From IMG/VR virus record IMGVR_UViG_3300031539_000004, positions 32,001 to 96,000 of that record: a DNA stretch of 64,000 bases; one strand, given 5' to 3'. The notes beneath the pieces were generated by a model. It was given only the letters and a program-made list of their open reading frames with translations. It was not told where the DNA came from and ran no database searches. A program made the translations under genes and the position numbers. This document shows, in pieces, positions 19,094 through 31,642 of the stretch. Numbering within the stretch: the stretch's first letter is position 1; each line of letters starts with the position of its first letter. Source of the stretch: a virus.

Positions 19094-21639
19094 ATGATGA
19101 ACCACGCAAACACCGGCCAGGACCACTGCGAAAGCTGCGGCACCACCGAGGCCGAGGACATCGCCAACCTCAGCGACACCGAGGGCTACACCCGCTGCTG
19201 CAACGAGCTGGTCTGCACCGGTCACGGCCTCAGCACCTTCGGCACCGACGAGGTGAACGCCCGGGCATGCTGCTGGGCCAAGGCCGAAGAGCAGGGCATC
19301 ACCGAGGGCTGGCGGCACTGAGCAGCCGGACCCACCGACCACCGACCGACCCACCACCAAGAGGAGCCGACATGGCCCGCAACCTGAGAGTGCCAACCAA
19401 CCCCCGCCGAGAGCTGGACCGAGCACGCGCCAACCGCGACGCGCTCACCGCAGTCTTCGAAAAGATCGAGGACGCCCTCGAGCGCTTCGAACTGGTCGGC
19501 GACGCCGACGCCTCACCCGCCGAGCGGATCGCCGCCGACGTGGCCCGCGGCATCGTGGACGACGTCGCGACCCGGCTGGTCGAAGCGGAGACCGACGTGG
19601 CGCACGCCGAGCAGGCGATGGTCGGCAACGGCATGGCGGTCCCGGCAGCATGAGCGCCACCCGCTACCGCGCCACCATCGAGTTCACGGCGGGCGACGAG
19701 GCCACCTACGACCAGCTCATCGAGCTGCTCGCGCAGGCCGAGGTCCAGATCGCCGAGCCGTTCATCCCCGGCGATGACGGCAACGACACCTGCGAGTTCG
19801 ACACGACGGTCATCGAGACCACCCTCACGGAGGTCTGACCGATGGGACTCCGCTACCCGCCCGCGCCGCCGGTCACCGACAAGCCCGGCGACTACGACCC
19901 GACGACGCCCGACTCGCCGTCGATGAGGCACCTCCGTTCGCATGGCGGGTTCCTCACGATGGCGTCGTGCCCGTACTGCGCCGAGGTGGCCGCCGATGCC
20001 GAGCTTCGATGAGCACGACCCGGTCGAGATCGTGACCGAGGTCCGCTTCGCTGACGGTCGCCGGGTTCGGGTGACGATGACGCGCCCCGAGCGGGAGCGT
20101 CGCTTCGGCGACCCGCGGCTCACGTTCGCCATCGAGGCGGTCAACGAGGACCGCACCGACTTCGTGGGCGGTCACCCGCTCACCACGAACGACTTCGAAG
20201 GGATCCGCATGAACGCTTCGACCACGGGCGAGGCCACGATCGAGAGGCTGGGCGACGATGGCTGACTGGCCGACGTTCCAAGAGGCTGCCGAGGCCGAAC
20301 GCCAGCGCCACCAAGCAGCGCAGCGAATGGCTCACGCCGCCTACGTCGGGCTGCGCCAGGTCCGGCCGGCGCTCGAGGCGTTCGCCGACGCGGTGAAGGG
20401 TGTTGGCGTTGCGTTCGCCGAGTTCGCCGAGAAGATGAAGGCGGTCAGCGACGCTGGTGACGAGGCCCCCGAATGAGTTGCATGCCTGTAGCGGGATCGG
20501 CTACGGTTCAGTCCATGATGAACACCGAGAACCCAACGATCACAACCCACCTCCAGCTTCGCCTCACGGTCTCCGACGGGCGCACCGCCTACCGGCCGGT
20601 CCGTAAGGGCGGCGAGGCCGAGGCCATCGCCAGCGCCCGCGAGGCGGTCGGCACGACCACGACGGTCGATGACGGCAGCTCCTCGCAGGCCATCGCTCGC
20701 AACCCGGTCACCGTCACGGCGGTCACCGTCGAGCGGGTCGAGTGGACGTGGGCCGAGGTTGACGGCCAGCGCACCTGCACCGACGAGCGGACCGTCACGG
20801 TCGCAGAGGTTGCGTGATGAGCGCCACCGAACAGCCCCTCGCCATCGAGGTCACGGACCTCGAGCTGATCGAATGGGGCCTCGGCTCCTGCCTCAGCGCA
20901 GCCGACCGTGGGATGGAGTGGCTGCGGCCGCTCCTGAGCTGCGGCCACTACGGCGCTCCGGTCTTCGACGGGTCGAGCCAGTGGGACTTCCCCGACGACG
21001 AGCACGCCTGCCCGACCTGCGGCGAGACCCGCCAGTGGCACCTCCGGGTGCAGGCTGCGCTCGCCAACGCCTAACCCGACCACCAACCAAGGAGAAGCCG
21101 ACATGGCCTACAACGAACTGATCCGAGGACTCGAGCTGGAGCCTGGCCTCACGGTCAACGCCTACGACGAGACCCGGTACGCCCGAGACGAGGGCTGGCG
21201 GGAGCGCACCAAGAAGTCCCGGCTGTACGTCGGGGTGCGTGGCGAATCGCTCGCCGCCAACTTCGTCAACCGTCACCACCGCCCCAACATCGAGTGGGCG
21301 AAGATGGTCCGGGCGCGGGTCCTCCCGGTGCTCGGGCTGCCCGCAAAGGGGATGCGCTGGAACGTCCACGCCGGTTGCGGGTCGTGCCCATGCTCGCCCG
21401 GGTTCATCCTCCCCGGCTGGTTCGCTCCGGTCGATCGTGACGACCTGAGCAAGGGGTTCGCCGACTCGGGGTACGCCACCGACCGGGCCGCGCACTTCCA
21501 TGTGGACGCCGACTTCGACATCCTCGAGGAGCCGTTCGTGAAGCTCGGGGCGTTGGACGCACGGTGGCGTGCCGAGAAGGTCGCCGAGCTGCTTGGCGAG
21601 TGCCGGGTGATCCCCGCTGAGCTAGTGGTCGCGGGTTGA
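19094..21639 (+). CDS. Two promoter-led cassettes of small hypothetical ORFs (starts 19094, 19372, 19650, 20258, 20515, 20817, 21103)
   Basis: Leaderless starts after operators at 19067 and 20488; shared RBS motif. Confidence 0.6.
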
Positions 21640-21914
21640 GCTACAGGTCGGCGGCTACCGTCGCGGCGTGTCTTACTACAGTCGGGGGCAGCCGGTTCGG
21701 GCTACACCGCTCGTGCCGGTGTCCTCGTCGGCCCCGAAGCGGGCCAGCGGGCGACGCGATTGTGCGACCGAGGAGTGCGGCACCGTGCTGAGCCGATACA
21801 ACCCGGGCGAGATGTGCGCCGGTTGCGAGAGCGAGGCGAAGCGGCGTCCGCTCGGTTCTGAGGCTGAGCAACGCAGGGCCAGGGGCGACGAGCGAGTGAA
21901 GGGTACGGTCTCCG

Positions 21915-22751
21915 ATGATGATTGACGCTGCGGATCTTCTGATCGCTGGGGCTGGGGCTGCCTCCACCGTCGGCGCGTACTGGTGGGGCCGAGCTCGGGG
22001 GAGGGCGCTCGAGCGGGGCGTCAAGGAGTCGAGCGGGCATCACCCGACGCACGGCGCTGAGGTGGGCGAGGAGGTCGCTGACGGCGACGAGGTGGAGCTG
22101 GAGCCGCTCACCGAGGACGAGGCCGCTGAGGCCCGCCAGGCGATCGCTGACGGCGAGGTGGGCCTGACTCTGGACGACGTGGCCGAGCAGGTCGACGCGT
22201 CGGAGGCGAGGCCGGCCGAGGAGGCGAGGCCCGACGCGGAGCTCCCCCCGATCGGCGCGGCGTCGCCCGCGGCGGAGGTGGTCACCGAGTCGTTGGGTGA
22301 GGTGGTCGCAGAGGCCGAGCGCGACGAGGTGGCCGACGAACCCGAGATGGAGGACGTGACGCCGATCGTGGTCACCGGGCCGCTCGAGCTGCTCGAGGCC
22401 GTCGAGGTGGTCGAGTTACCCGACGAACCCGAGGTGACGACCGAGGAGGTCGTGGTCGAGGTCGATGCGGCCGAGACGGTCGCCGAGCTGACCAGGGCTG
22501 CCCGGCTCGCCGCGGCGTTGGGCGCGGACGTGATGCTCCCCGCCGAGGAGGTCGAGGTCACGCCGACCGGGACCCCGAAGCGGATCCTGCCGGTGAAGCG
22601 GGCGACCAAGCCCGAGGCCGAGGCCGTGGTCGAGGCGATACCGGACCCGGAACCCGAGGCCCCGCCCGCGCCCCGTGAGGCCCCGCATGTCGAGGTCGGA
22701 TCGCTCGACCCTTCGACTGCACCGCCGTTCAAGAAGTGGAACAAACCGTAG
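21915..22751 (+). CDS. Acidic low-complexity protein with N-terminal membrane anchor
   Basis: LLIAGAGAASTVGAYWWG then Glu/Ala/Val-rich body. Confidence 0.55.
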   Translation: MMIDAADLLIAGAGAASTVGAYWWGRARGRALERGVKESSGHHPTHGAEVGEEVADGDEVELEPLTEDEAAEARQAIADGEVGLTLDDVAEQVDASEARPAEEARPDAELPPIGAASPAAEVVTESLGEVVAEAERDEVADEPEMEDVTPIVVTGPLELLEAVEVVELPDEPEVTTEEVVVEVDAAETVAELTRAARLAAALGADVMLPAEEVEVTPTGTPKRILPVKRATKPEAEAVVEAIPDPEPEAPPAPREAPHVEVGSLDPSTAPPFKKWNKP

Positions 22752-22780
22752 CGTCGTCGGATCGGCTACAGTCCCCGGCG

Positions 22781-24358
22781 ATGCATTGGGAACTGCTCCA
22801 CGGCGACTGCCTCGCCGAGATGGCGAAGCTCAAGGACGGGTCCGTCGACGCGGTGGTCACCGACCCGCCGTATGGGCTGAGCTCGCCCCCTGACATCGCT
22901 GAGGTGCTGCGGCACTGGCTGGCCGGCGAGACCTACGAGCATCGCGGGAAGGGGTTCATGGGCCGCGAGTGGGACTCGTTCGTGCCGGGGCCGGCGGTGT
23001 GGGCCGAGGCGATGAGGGTCCTGAAGCCGGGCGGTCACGCCGTCGTGTTCGCGGGGACCCGGACGATGGACCTGATGTCGATGGCGCTCCGACTCGCCGG
23101 CTTCGAGATCCGTGACACCCTCATGTGGCTGTACGGGCAGGGGTTCCCGAAGTCCCACAACGTCGGCAAGGCGGTCGACAAGATCCTCGGGGCCGAGCGC
23201 GACGAGGAGCTGGTCCCGACGAGGGCCGGGAACGCTGAGCGGCGAGGCGAGGGCGACCAGGGCGCGACGTATGGCGATTCGCACGGCGGGTTCACGTCGA
23301 TCTCCGAGCCGGTCACCGAGGAGGCCGCGGCGTGGGAGGGGTGGGGCACCGCGCTGAAGCCGGCGTGGGAGCCGATCATCCTGTGCCGGAAGCCGATGGG
23401 GCAGACGACCGCGGCGTCCGTGCTCGAGCATGGGACGGGGGCGATCAACATCGACGGCTGCCGGTTGGGCGGTGAGGTCCCGCAGGTGACGCAGGGCAAG
23501 GGCGCGCTCTTCGACGGGTTGAAGGAGACGGCGTCGACCGCGCCGCAGCAGTCGCACCCGCATGACGCCGGCCGGTGGCCGACGAACGGTGCGCTGTCGC
23601 ACTCCGAGGGCTGCGAGCTGGTCGGCACGAAGGAGGTCGAAGGAGCGCCGGGTACTCGGTGTTCGTTCTGGCCCGACGAGTGCGAGGGCCACGGGCACGA
23701 GCGGGCGCAGTCGGGCGTGACGAAGCACGGGTCGCCGCCGCCGGGATGGGTGCCGCCGGGGATGAAGAAGGTCTCGACGGGCACGCACTACCCGGCCACG
23801 CGCGGCGAGGGCGGGATCGGCAACCCCGGCCATGCCGGCCAAGAGGGCCTCGAGGATCAGCAGCCGAAGACGGAGATCGTGGAGGACTGGTCGTGCGTCG
23901 AGGGTTGCCCGATCGCGATGCTCGACGCGCAGACCGGTGTCTCGGGGCCCGGCTACTTCCCTCCGGTGCGCCAGGCCGGCACCAAGAATGTGTACGGGAC
24001 GTGGGCGTCGGTCGACGCACCCGAGAACGAGCGGTTCACGACGCCGGGTGGCGGGTCGAGGTTCTTCTACTGCGGGAAGGCGTCCCGAGTGGACCGCGAC
24101 TACGGGCTGCCGGCCGGCGAGGAGAACAAGCACCCGACGGTGAAGCCTCTCGATCTGATGAGGTGGCTCGTCCGGTTGGTCACCCCGCCCGAGGGGACGG
24201 TCCTCGATCCGTTCACCGGCTCGGGGTCGACGGGCGCGGCGTCGCTGCTCGAGGGGTTCGACTTCGTTGGCTGCGAGCAGGACCCCGAGTTCGCCGAGCT
24301 CGCCCGCCAGCGGATCGGCAAGGCCGCCGAGTCTGGACATCAGGCCAGCCTGTTCTGA
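22781..24358 (+). CDS. N6/N4 DNA methyltransferase with long variable region
   Basis: GDCL, VTDPPYGL, WLYGQGFPKS, HPTVKP, LDPFTGSGSTG. Confidence 0.95.
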   Translation: MHWELLHGDCLAEMAKLKDGSVDAVVTDPPYGLSSPPDIAEVLRHWLAGETYEHRGKGFMGREWDSFVPGPAVWAEAMRVLKPGGHAVVFAGTRTMDLMSMALRLAGFEIRDTLMWLYGQGFPKSHNVGKAVDKILGAERDEELVPTRAGNAERRGEGDQGATYGDSHGGFTSISEPVTEEAAAWEGWGTALKPAWEPIILCRKPMGQTTAASVLEHGTGAINIDGCRLGGEVPQVTQGKGALFDGLKETASTAPQQSHPHDAGRWPTNGALSHSEGCELVGTKEVEGAPGTRCSFWPDECEGHGHERAQSGVTKHGSPPPGWVPPGMKKVSTGTHYPATRGEGGIGNPGHAGQEGLEDQQPKTEIVEDWSCVEGCPIAMLDAQTGVSGPGYFPPVRQAGTKNVYGTWASVDAPENERFTTPGGGSRFFYCGKASRVDRDYGLPAGEENKHPTVKPLDLMRWLVRLVTPPEGTVLDPFTGSGSTGAASLLEGFDFVGCEQDPEFAELARQRIGKAAESGHQASLF

Positions 24359-24746
24359 CAGACTGGTCGCCATGACGTTCGAGGAGTGGCTGACGACCGG
24401 GATCGCCGAGGGCTGGTGCAGCGAACCGGGGTGCGCCGCGCATGACGGGCCGCCGCTCACCGAGGCCGAGGCCGAGCTGTACAACGCTCACCCCGACGAC
24501 TGGCCCGGCGGGTTCGATCCGTTGGACCGGTGCCTGCCGGTGGTGCGGCTGTTCGGGCCGGATGGTCCCGAGGCGGTCCCGTCGATGGTTCCCGAGGGGA
24601 TGGTCGGGGTTCCGGTGGCGGCGAGGCCCGAGGGCGCGGGGGCTGGTTCCCCGTCGCTGGGGCTGGTTCCCGAGGCCGAGGGCTGACCCCGAAAGAATCT
24701 TCCCGCTGTAGTTGATCTGACTACACCGGCATGGTACGTTGTGTAC

Positions 24747-27700
24747 ATGAAGAACACCGAAGCCCCCACCACCCGCAAGGCCCAAGACGTCACCGAAGGC
24801 GACGCCCTCGCTAACGGCGGCACGGTCACCCGGAACTACCGCCGCTGCGGCCGGCAGGTCATCAGCTACACCGACCGCAACGGCAACCACGCCTCGATGG
24901 TGAAGGCCCCCGCCGCCCCGGTCGCCCTCGCCCGCTGAATCGCCCACCAACCCACCACCAAGGAGAAGCCGACATGGCCCCCAAGACCCCCCGACTCGTA
25001 GAGGTCGACCCGCCGCCCCGCGGCTCGTCGCTGCCCACCGGTCACGACCACCCGAACCTCGAGGCCGCGGTCGCTCGGTCCCGCAAGCGGACCAAGATGG
25101 CCGACCTCGGCGAGCACCCCCTCGCCGTCGACTTCGACTACCACGGCCACACCGAGGCCGAGCTGCGGATGGCCTTCGCGGCGGTGGTCAGCGATGAGAA
25201 CTGGAAGCTCGGCGTGAACGCCTGCTTCCCGGCGCTCAACTCCGACGAGCGGAAGCTGGTCGGCGACGCCCTCATCTTTTACTGCGGCAGCCCGGCCGAG
25301 GTGTACGACGTGGACGGCATGGTCTTCGTGGTCGCCGCCGGGTACTACGCCTGCATCGGGTCATGACGATGACCCGGCCGATCGTGACCAAGGCCCCGTG
25401 CGCGAAGTGCCCCTTCCGCAAGGACGTGCCGATCTACCTCCGGGCTGGTGCCCGCGAGGAGATCGCCCGGGCGTTGGCCGACGGCCGCGGGTTCCCGTGC
25501 CACGCCACGGTCAACTACGACACCGACGAGGAGGACGAGGAGGGCGCGACCATCCCCGACCAGTCGGCCGCTTCGGAGTGCGCTGGCGCGGTCGCCGCCC
25601 TCGAGCTGTCGGGCGGCTCGTCGCAGCTTGCCCGCATCGCTGAACGGCTCGGCGACCTCGACCCCGACCGGCCCGGCCACCACGACGACGTCTGGCCGCT
25701 CCATGAGTGGCCGCTGCTCGCCGCGGGCGCGACCGGCGACAACCCCGAAGAGGAGGAGTACGAGGGCGACACCTGCTCGGTCGTGAACGCTGGCTGCGAG
25801 GCCCCCGCCGGGTACCTCGGGACGGGTGGCGCGGTGGTCCACGGCGTCGAGCACACCGACAACTACTGCCCCGGGTGTGGCGACCCGGTCTGCGAGACCT
25901 GCATGGCCGATGAGGAGCTGTGCCCGACCTGCCTCGAGTACGAGGCCGACATGGAGGAGGTGAGCTGATGCCACGCCTACACAACACGCTGGTCGTGATC
26001 GCGGCGTTCGTGACGCTGGTCGCCGCGGGGGCCCCGTCCCTGCCCGGCTGGTCGAAATGGATGTGCGGCGTAGTCCTAGCGGCTACGGTGCTCCGAGCCG
26101 CGAACGTTGAGCACGACGTCAATGAAGGAGGCCCCGAGTGGGGAACTGGATGACCGTGATGATCGAGGGCGAGATCCCCGCCGATGAGGTGGCTCCGCTC
26201 ACCGCTTGGCTCCAGGGGCCGCGGTTCGATGGCGGGTCGATGGACGACCCCGAGTGGGCGCGGCTTGGCCCGCTCACGATCTCGGGTGGTCTGGCCGGTC
26301 TCGGTTCATGGCCGGCCGAGACGGTGATGAGGATCGGGAACTGCTACGAGCGTGACTACACGCCCGAGTCGGTCGCCGATCATCTCGGGCGTGCGCTCGA
26401 GGCCGCGCCCGGCATGGACCTGAAGGTTCACTGCGGCGGCGACTACGAGTCGCTCGAGGTGGTCGCTTCGGTGCTGGCGCGGGGCGGGACCGTCGGTGTC
26501 GGCGAGGCGGTGCGGACGGTGATCCCGCCGATCCCGTCGGAGCAGGTCGAAGCGAACCTGATGAGGGCGCTGACTCAGGGGGTCGACCGGTGAAGCGGTG
26601 CCTGCAGTGGTTCGGGTACGGGTGGGCGATGCCTCCCGGCTGGCGTCACCGTGCCAAGCGTCGCGAGGAGGCCCGCCGTGCCGCGTCCCGATGACCGGCA
26701 TCTGATCTCGGTGAACCGGACCCGCGAGGGTCTGTTCTCCGCTGCTTGCACCTGCGGGTGGGAGGCCGGCCCCGCGGTCGCGGTTCATCCCGAGCTCGCC
26801 GACGCGGTGAATCTGCACGGGTCGGCGAACCCGAGGGAGGCTCCGACGCTCTCCGATTGCGGCGACTGCGGCGTCGAGGCCGGTGAGCCGCACCTCGAGG
26901 GCTGCGACGTGGCCCGGTGCTTGGTGACTGGTCGCCAGCAGTTGTCGTGCGGCGGTTTCGATCATCCCGGCCAGAGCTGCGGGGTGGACGTCTGGACCGG
27001 CCAGTGGCCCGGCGAGGCTGAGGCGGTCCGGTACGGGCTGTGGCGTGATGATCTGGTGGGCTTCGAAGGGGCGCAGGTGCCGGATGTGAGTCGGCTGATG
27101 TCGGTCGGCCGGTGGGACCAGGACCGCGCTGAGTGGGTCATCGACGGCGAGGAGTCGGGCTGATGGGTTGGTGGGCGCACTTGGCCGATGACCGAGGCAA
27201 CGACGAGGGGTCGTGGAACTTCACGCACAACACGAACGGGATGATCGCCGAGGCGCTGCAGGCGGCGACGGGCGAGACGGTCGAGGAGTGCGGTGGCCCG
27301 CTCGGGCCGGTGATCGGGCCGGCGTGGTGGGAACGGCTCAACGGGATGACCGGCCCCGAGGGCGGCGAGTTCCTCGACACGATCGTGAAGGCGCTGATGG
27401 CCGACCCGGTCCGGTTCGAAGCGATGAACCCGGAGAACGGGTGGGGGTCCTACGAGTCGCTGTTGAAGGTGCTGGCCGACATGCGGGACTCGGTGCCCGA
27501 GTGGCCGTGCGTCTGGCAGGCGAGCGGATGAGCGCGCCGACCCCGGAGGTGGTGTCGGTCCCGGCGGTGAGGCTCGCCGACGGTTCGATCCATGTGGGGC
27601 TGCCCGAGAACCTGACCCGCGACCACGGTGGCGGGGTGTGGCTGCTGGACGAGGGCGGCGTCGGCTACTACGGGTCGACCAACGCTGTGCGGGTGATGGC

Positions 27701-28879
27701 CGCCGAGCTGGTCGAGGACGCTCAGGGTGAACGGGACCGGGCGGGCGAGTCGATGCAGACCGAGGCGGCCGTGGACTGGCTCGAGGAGGCGACCGAGCAG
27801 GCGGCGGGGCTGCGGCTCCTGGCCGACGAGATCGATCAATGGGAGCGCGACCGTGTTCGGCCGGCCGGGTTGTGCGGGTGTCCGCTGTGCCCGGATTCGT
27901 CTCACGGCGGCGAGCTCGGGGAGGTGGAGTGATGGGGCGAGCTGAGCGACGGAACCAGGCGAGGCGGCATCGGCCCCCGAGGCGGGTGCAACGCGACCGG
28001 GCGCTGCGGCGACGGATGACCGAGGCCGAGCTGGTCTCGGTGTTCCCGGCCGGCGCTCACAACAACAGGCGCGACATTGAGCGGGCGATGCAGGCGTCCC
28101 ACGACGCGCTGATCGCCGAGCTCGGGGCGCGGCGGCGCTCGGGGGTGACGTGGATGGTCTACGAGCGGGCGCAGTGGGCCGCGCCGATGCGTGACCTGTT
28201 CGCCGACCCCGACTTCGATGGGCTGCGGACGTTCCTCGAGGGTGACGACGTGGTGCTGGTGGTCGCGTTCGCCGAGGCCGACCCCGAAGCCGATGACCAC
28301 CAACCCAAGGAGCAGACCGATGAGTGAGACCGCAGCGCAGATCAACGACCAGATGGACGAGCACGGCATCGAGTGGGGCGTCCGCTACCGCGACCCCGCA
28401 TCCGGGTTCGAAGGCGAGCCGACGGGCCTCTACTTCTTCAAGCACGGCTGCCTGCGGGTGGCGTTGCGAGGGGTGAACCGGACGACCGGGGAGCCGGCCG
28501 AGTTCACGTTCGACGCGCCCGAGCTGGTCGCGGTGGAGACGGCTGAGCCGGTGCCGGCTGGCTCGAGGAACGGCGGCCCGCACGATCTGGCTCCGGTCGG
28601 TCGGCCATCGATGCCGCGGCTGGCTGGCCCGCAGCGCGGCTGATGGCGGTCGCCCCGGCGTTCTTCGAAGCTGAACGTAAGGCGCTCGGCCTCGAGCGGT
28701 GGCCCGACGCCGGGGAGCGGATCACGTTCCTACGGCGTCGGAGCACCGAGTGGGAGACCGGCGAGGTGGTGCGGGTGTGGGTCGGCATCGAGGTGATGAT
28801 CGATCTGGCCGAGGGCGCTGCGTTGTGCCCGGCGCTCGGCGACGAGTTCGTGGCCCGACCTTCGACGCGCATCGAGTGA
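24747..28879 (+). CDS. Promoter-led run of hypothetical ORFs (24747-24938, 24974-25366, 25363-25968 Cys-rich, 26138-26593, 26651-27163, 27163-27531, 27528-27932, 27932-28327, 28320-28643, 28643-28879)
   Basis: TTGATC-N17-TACGTT leaderless start; coupled junctions. Confidence 0.6.
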
Positions 28880-28968
28880 GGTGCGCTGTGCTCGCCGGTA
28901 GTAGTTGCTTCGGCTACAGACGGCGGGTAGGGTCCGCGAACCGACCGATGGAGTGAAGGAGGAGCCGA

Positions 28969-31101
28969 ATGGCGCAGGACTTTGTGCGAGTGAGCAAGGG
29001 CCAGATCCGCCAGTACGCGTGCCCCGAGTGCGGTGCGAGGCCCGGCGGCTACTGCGAGGGCCGCGAGGAGACCGGCACGAACCATCGGGAGCGGATGATC
29101 GTCGCGCAGAACGCCGAGTACGAGCGGGTCAACGGTCACCCGTTCGAACGGCCCGAGGAGCCGACGCCGGCCGCCGAGCCGCATCCTTTCGAGATGCCGG
29201 GGCGCGAGTTCACCGACGCCGAGATGCCGGCGATGGCCCCGGAGGTGCGCCCGGCCCCGAGCTCGGCCCCGAGTCGGGCGATCACCGGGGGGTTCGCTCC
29301 GACCGACGAGCAGCTCGAGGCGGTGGACCTGGCGGTGACCGGCGACAACCTCGCCGTCGAGGCGCTGGCGGGGACGGGCAAGACGACCACGTTGAACCTG
29401 ATCGCCGAGGCGAAGCCCGAGGACGGGATCTACGTCGCGTTCAACAAGGCGATCGTGACCGAGGCGAAGCAGAAGTTCCCGAGCCGGGTGACGTGCGCGA
29501 CCTCGCACTCCCTGGCGTTCCGGGCGGTCGGCCACCGGTACAAGCACCGGTTGAACGGGCCGCGGATGAAGTCGTGGCAGATCGCGAAGCGGCTCGGGAT
29601 CGGTTCGCAGCCGGTCGAGACTTCGTTGGGACGCCAGATGTTCCCGGCCGACAAGATCGCCGGGATGGTGATGAAGGGCGTCCGGGTGTTCTGCCAGTCA
29701 GCGGACCGTGAGATCGGGACCCGCCACATCCCGCTGCCGACGACGATGCGCGACGACCCGGAGATGACGATTGCGTTCGGGATGATCCGCGACAGCCTCG
29801 GCGATGAGATCCGGGCGGCGTGGGCCGACGTGCGGAAGGTCGACGGGCAGCTCCCGTTCGATCACAACGCCTACCTGAAGCTGTGGTACCTCGAGGACCC
29901 GTTCATCGCGACGGACTACATCCTGTTCGATGAGGCGCAGGACGCGAACGGGGTGACGCTCGCGATCGTGGAGGCGCAGAACGATCACGCTCAGCTCGTC
30001 TTCGTCGGCGACCGCCATCAGGCGATCTACGGGTGGAACGGCGCGGTGAACGCGATGGAGCGGGTCGAGGTGGCGCATCGGGCGTGGCTGACGACGTCCT
30101 TCCGGTTCGGCCCCGAGATCGCTGAGGCGGCGAACGAGGTGCTCGACCTCCTCGGAGCGGAGCACCATGTGATCGGCGCGGGCCGGCCAGGGACCCGAGG
30201 CGAGTGCGACGACCCGTCGATCCTGTTGTCGAGGACGAACGCTGGCGCGGTGATGGGCGCGCTCGAGGAGATCGAGAATGGCGGCCGGCCGCATGTGATC
30301 GGCGGCGCGGACGACGTGGTCGGCTTCGCTCGGGCGGCGTCGAAGCTGCAGCGGGGCGAGATGGTCTCCCATCCCGACCTGATCTGCTTCACGTCATGGG
30401 GCGAGGTGAGGGCCTACGTCAAGAACGACGAGCTGGGATCGGACCTCGCTCTGCTGGTCGGCATCATCGACCAGTTCGGCGCGGACGAGATCGTGGACCT
30501 CCTTGAGCACCAGCCGCGCGAGCGGGACGCCACGCTGATCCTGTCGACGGCTCACAAGGCGAAGGGCCGGGAGTGGGAGTCGGTGAGGCTCACCCCGGAT
30601 CTGGCGAAGTCGGGGACCGAGGAGCAGCGGTTGCGCTATGTGGCGACGACTCGGGCGAAGGCTCACCTCGATGACGCGAAGCTGCTGGCGAAGCTGGCCG
30701 AGGATGATGAGCTCGCCGATGAGCTGAACCTCGATGAGCAGATGGTGATGGCGTCGCTCGACCAGGCCGCTGCCGATGAGGCGGCCGCTGAGGGGCCTGT
30801 CGTGGCCGCCGAGGCACCGGAGGCCCCACCGGCCCCCGCCGTTGTGGATGAGGCGGTGAGGGCCTACGAGCGTGCGTTCGGGCGGGAGGCGCTCGAGCGG
30901 CAGGAGGTGGCGGCCAGAGCCGCGGGTCGGCTTCTGGCGGCGGCGGGCGAGGTGGTGAAGCACCAGACGGCGATGATGGGCTGGCCGAGGGATCCGAACA
31001 GCCCGATGTACGAGCTGGCCGAGGCTGGCCGCGAGGCCGACCTGGCGATGTGTGCGGCCGGCTGGATCGAACCCGACGACGAAGAAGTGGAGCTCTTCTG
31101 A
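28969..31101 (+). CDS. UvrD/Rep-family SF1 helicase with N-terminal Zn ribbon
   Basis: ALAGTGKTT, AFNK, LFDEAQD, VGDRHQAIYGWNGA, SFRFG, STAHKAKGREW, YVATTRAK. Confidence 0.95.
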   Translation: MAQDFVRVSKGQIRQYACPECGARPGGYCEGREETGTNHRERMIVAQNAEYERVNGHPFERPEEPTPAAEPHPFEMPGREFTDAEMPAMAPEVRPAPSSAPSRAITGGFAPTDEQLEAVDLAVTGDNLAVEALAGTGKTTTLNLIAEAKPEDGIYVAFNKAIVTEAKQKFPSRVTCATSHSLAFRAVGHRYKHRLNGPRMKSWQIAKRLGIGSQPVETSLGRQMFPADKIAGMVMKGVRVFCQSADREIGTRHIPLPTTMRDDPEMTIAFGMIRDSLGDEIRAAWADVRKVDGQLPFDHNAYLKLWYLEDPFIATDYILFDEAQDANGVTLAIVEAQNDHAQLVFVGDRHQAIYGWNGAVNAMERVEVAHRAWLTTSFRFGPEIAEAANEVLDLLGAEHHVIGAGRPGTRGECDDPSILLSRTNAGAVMGALEEIENGGRPHVIGGADDVVGFARAASKLQRGEMVSHPDLICFTSWGEVRAYVKNDELGSDLALLVGIIDQFGADEIVDLLEHQPRERDATLILSTAHKAKGREWESVRLTPDLAKSGTEEQRLRYVATTRAKAHLDDAKLLAKLAEDDELADELNLDEQMVMASLDQAAADEAAAEGPVVAAEAPEAPPAPAVVDEAVRAYERAFGREALERQEVAARAAGRLLAAAGEVVKHQTAMMGWPRDPNSPMYELAEAGREADLAMCAAGWIEPDDEEVELF

Positions 31102-31237
31102 TGAACGTGACAGTGACGACGTGGACCTGCGATCGGTGCGGCGCGACGGTCGAGACCGACCAGGGCGAGCAGCCGAAGGACTGGTCGGCGGTGAAGTTGA
31201 CGGGTCATCGTTCGGCGTCGTTGTGGGGGAGGCCGTG

Positions 31238-31642
31238 ATGCTCACGTCGGTCGTGTGTGAGGAGATCATCGCCGAGGCTCGGGACCGGCTGAGGCCGACG
31301 ACGACCACGGCCACGTCCTGCCACGCGCTGAAGGTGCGGCGCGGCACGATCGCCGCGAGGGCGCTCGCCGAGCTCGGCTGGCCGTTCCTCGACGCGCAGG
31401 TCGTCCGGTACGGGCCGGGCGGCGGGTACGACTGGCACGTCGATGGGCCAGGGCGGGCGACGACGCTGCTCGTGCAGCTCTCCGAGCCGGGCGACTACGA
31501 GGGCGGGCTGGTCGAGGTGCGAGGCTGGCCCGAGGCCCCGACCGGGCGGGGGTCGGCTGCGGAGTGGCCGGCGCAGTTCCCGCACAGGACGACCGAGGTG
31601 ACCGCAGGCGAGCGGTGGGCGCTCGTCTCCTGGCGGCCATGA
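31238..31642 (+). CDS. 2OG-Fe(II) oxygenase (PKHD/P4H-like)
   Basis: YDWHVD, DYEGG, HRTTEVTAGERWALVSW. Confidence 0.88.
   Translation: MLTSVVCEEIIAEARDRLRPTTTTATSCHALKVRRGTIAARALAELGWPFLDAQVVRYGPGGGYDWHVDGPGRATTLLVQLSEPGDYEGGLVEVRGWPEAPTGRGSAAEWPAQFPHRTTEVTAGERWALVSWRP

Noticed and set aside
23400-24050. Intein in the long methyltransferase
   Set aside because: No C/S start plus HN-C/S/T end or LAGLIDADG/HNH motifs; looks like an expanded variable region
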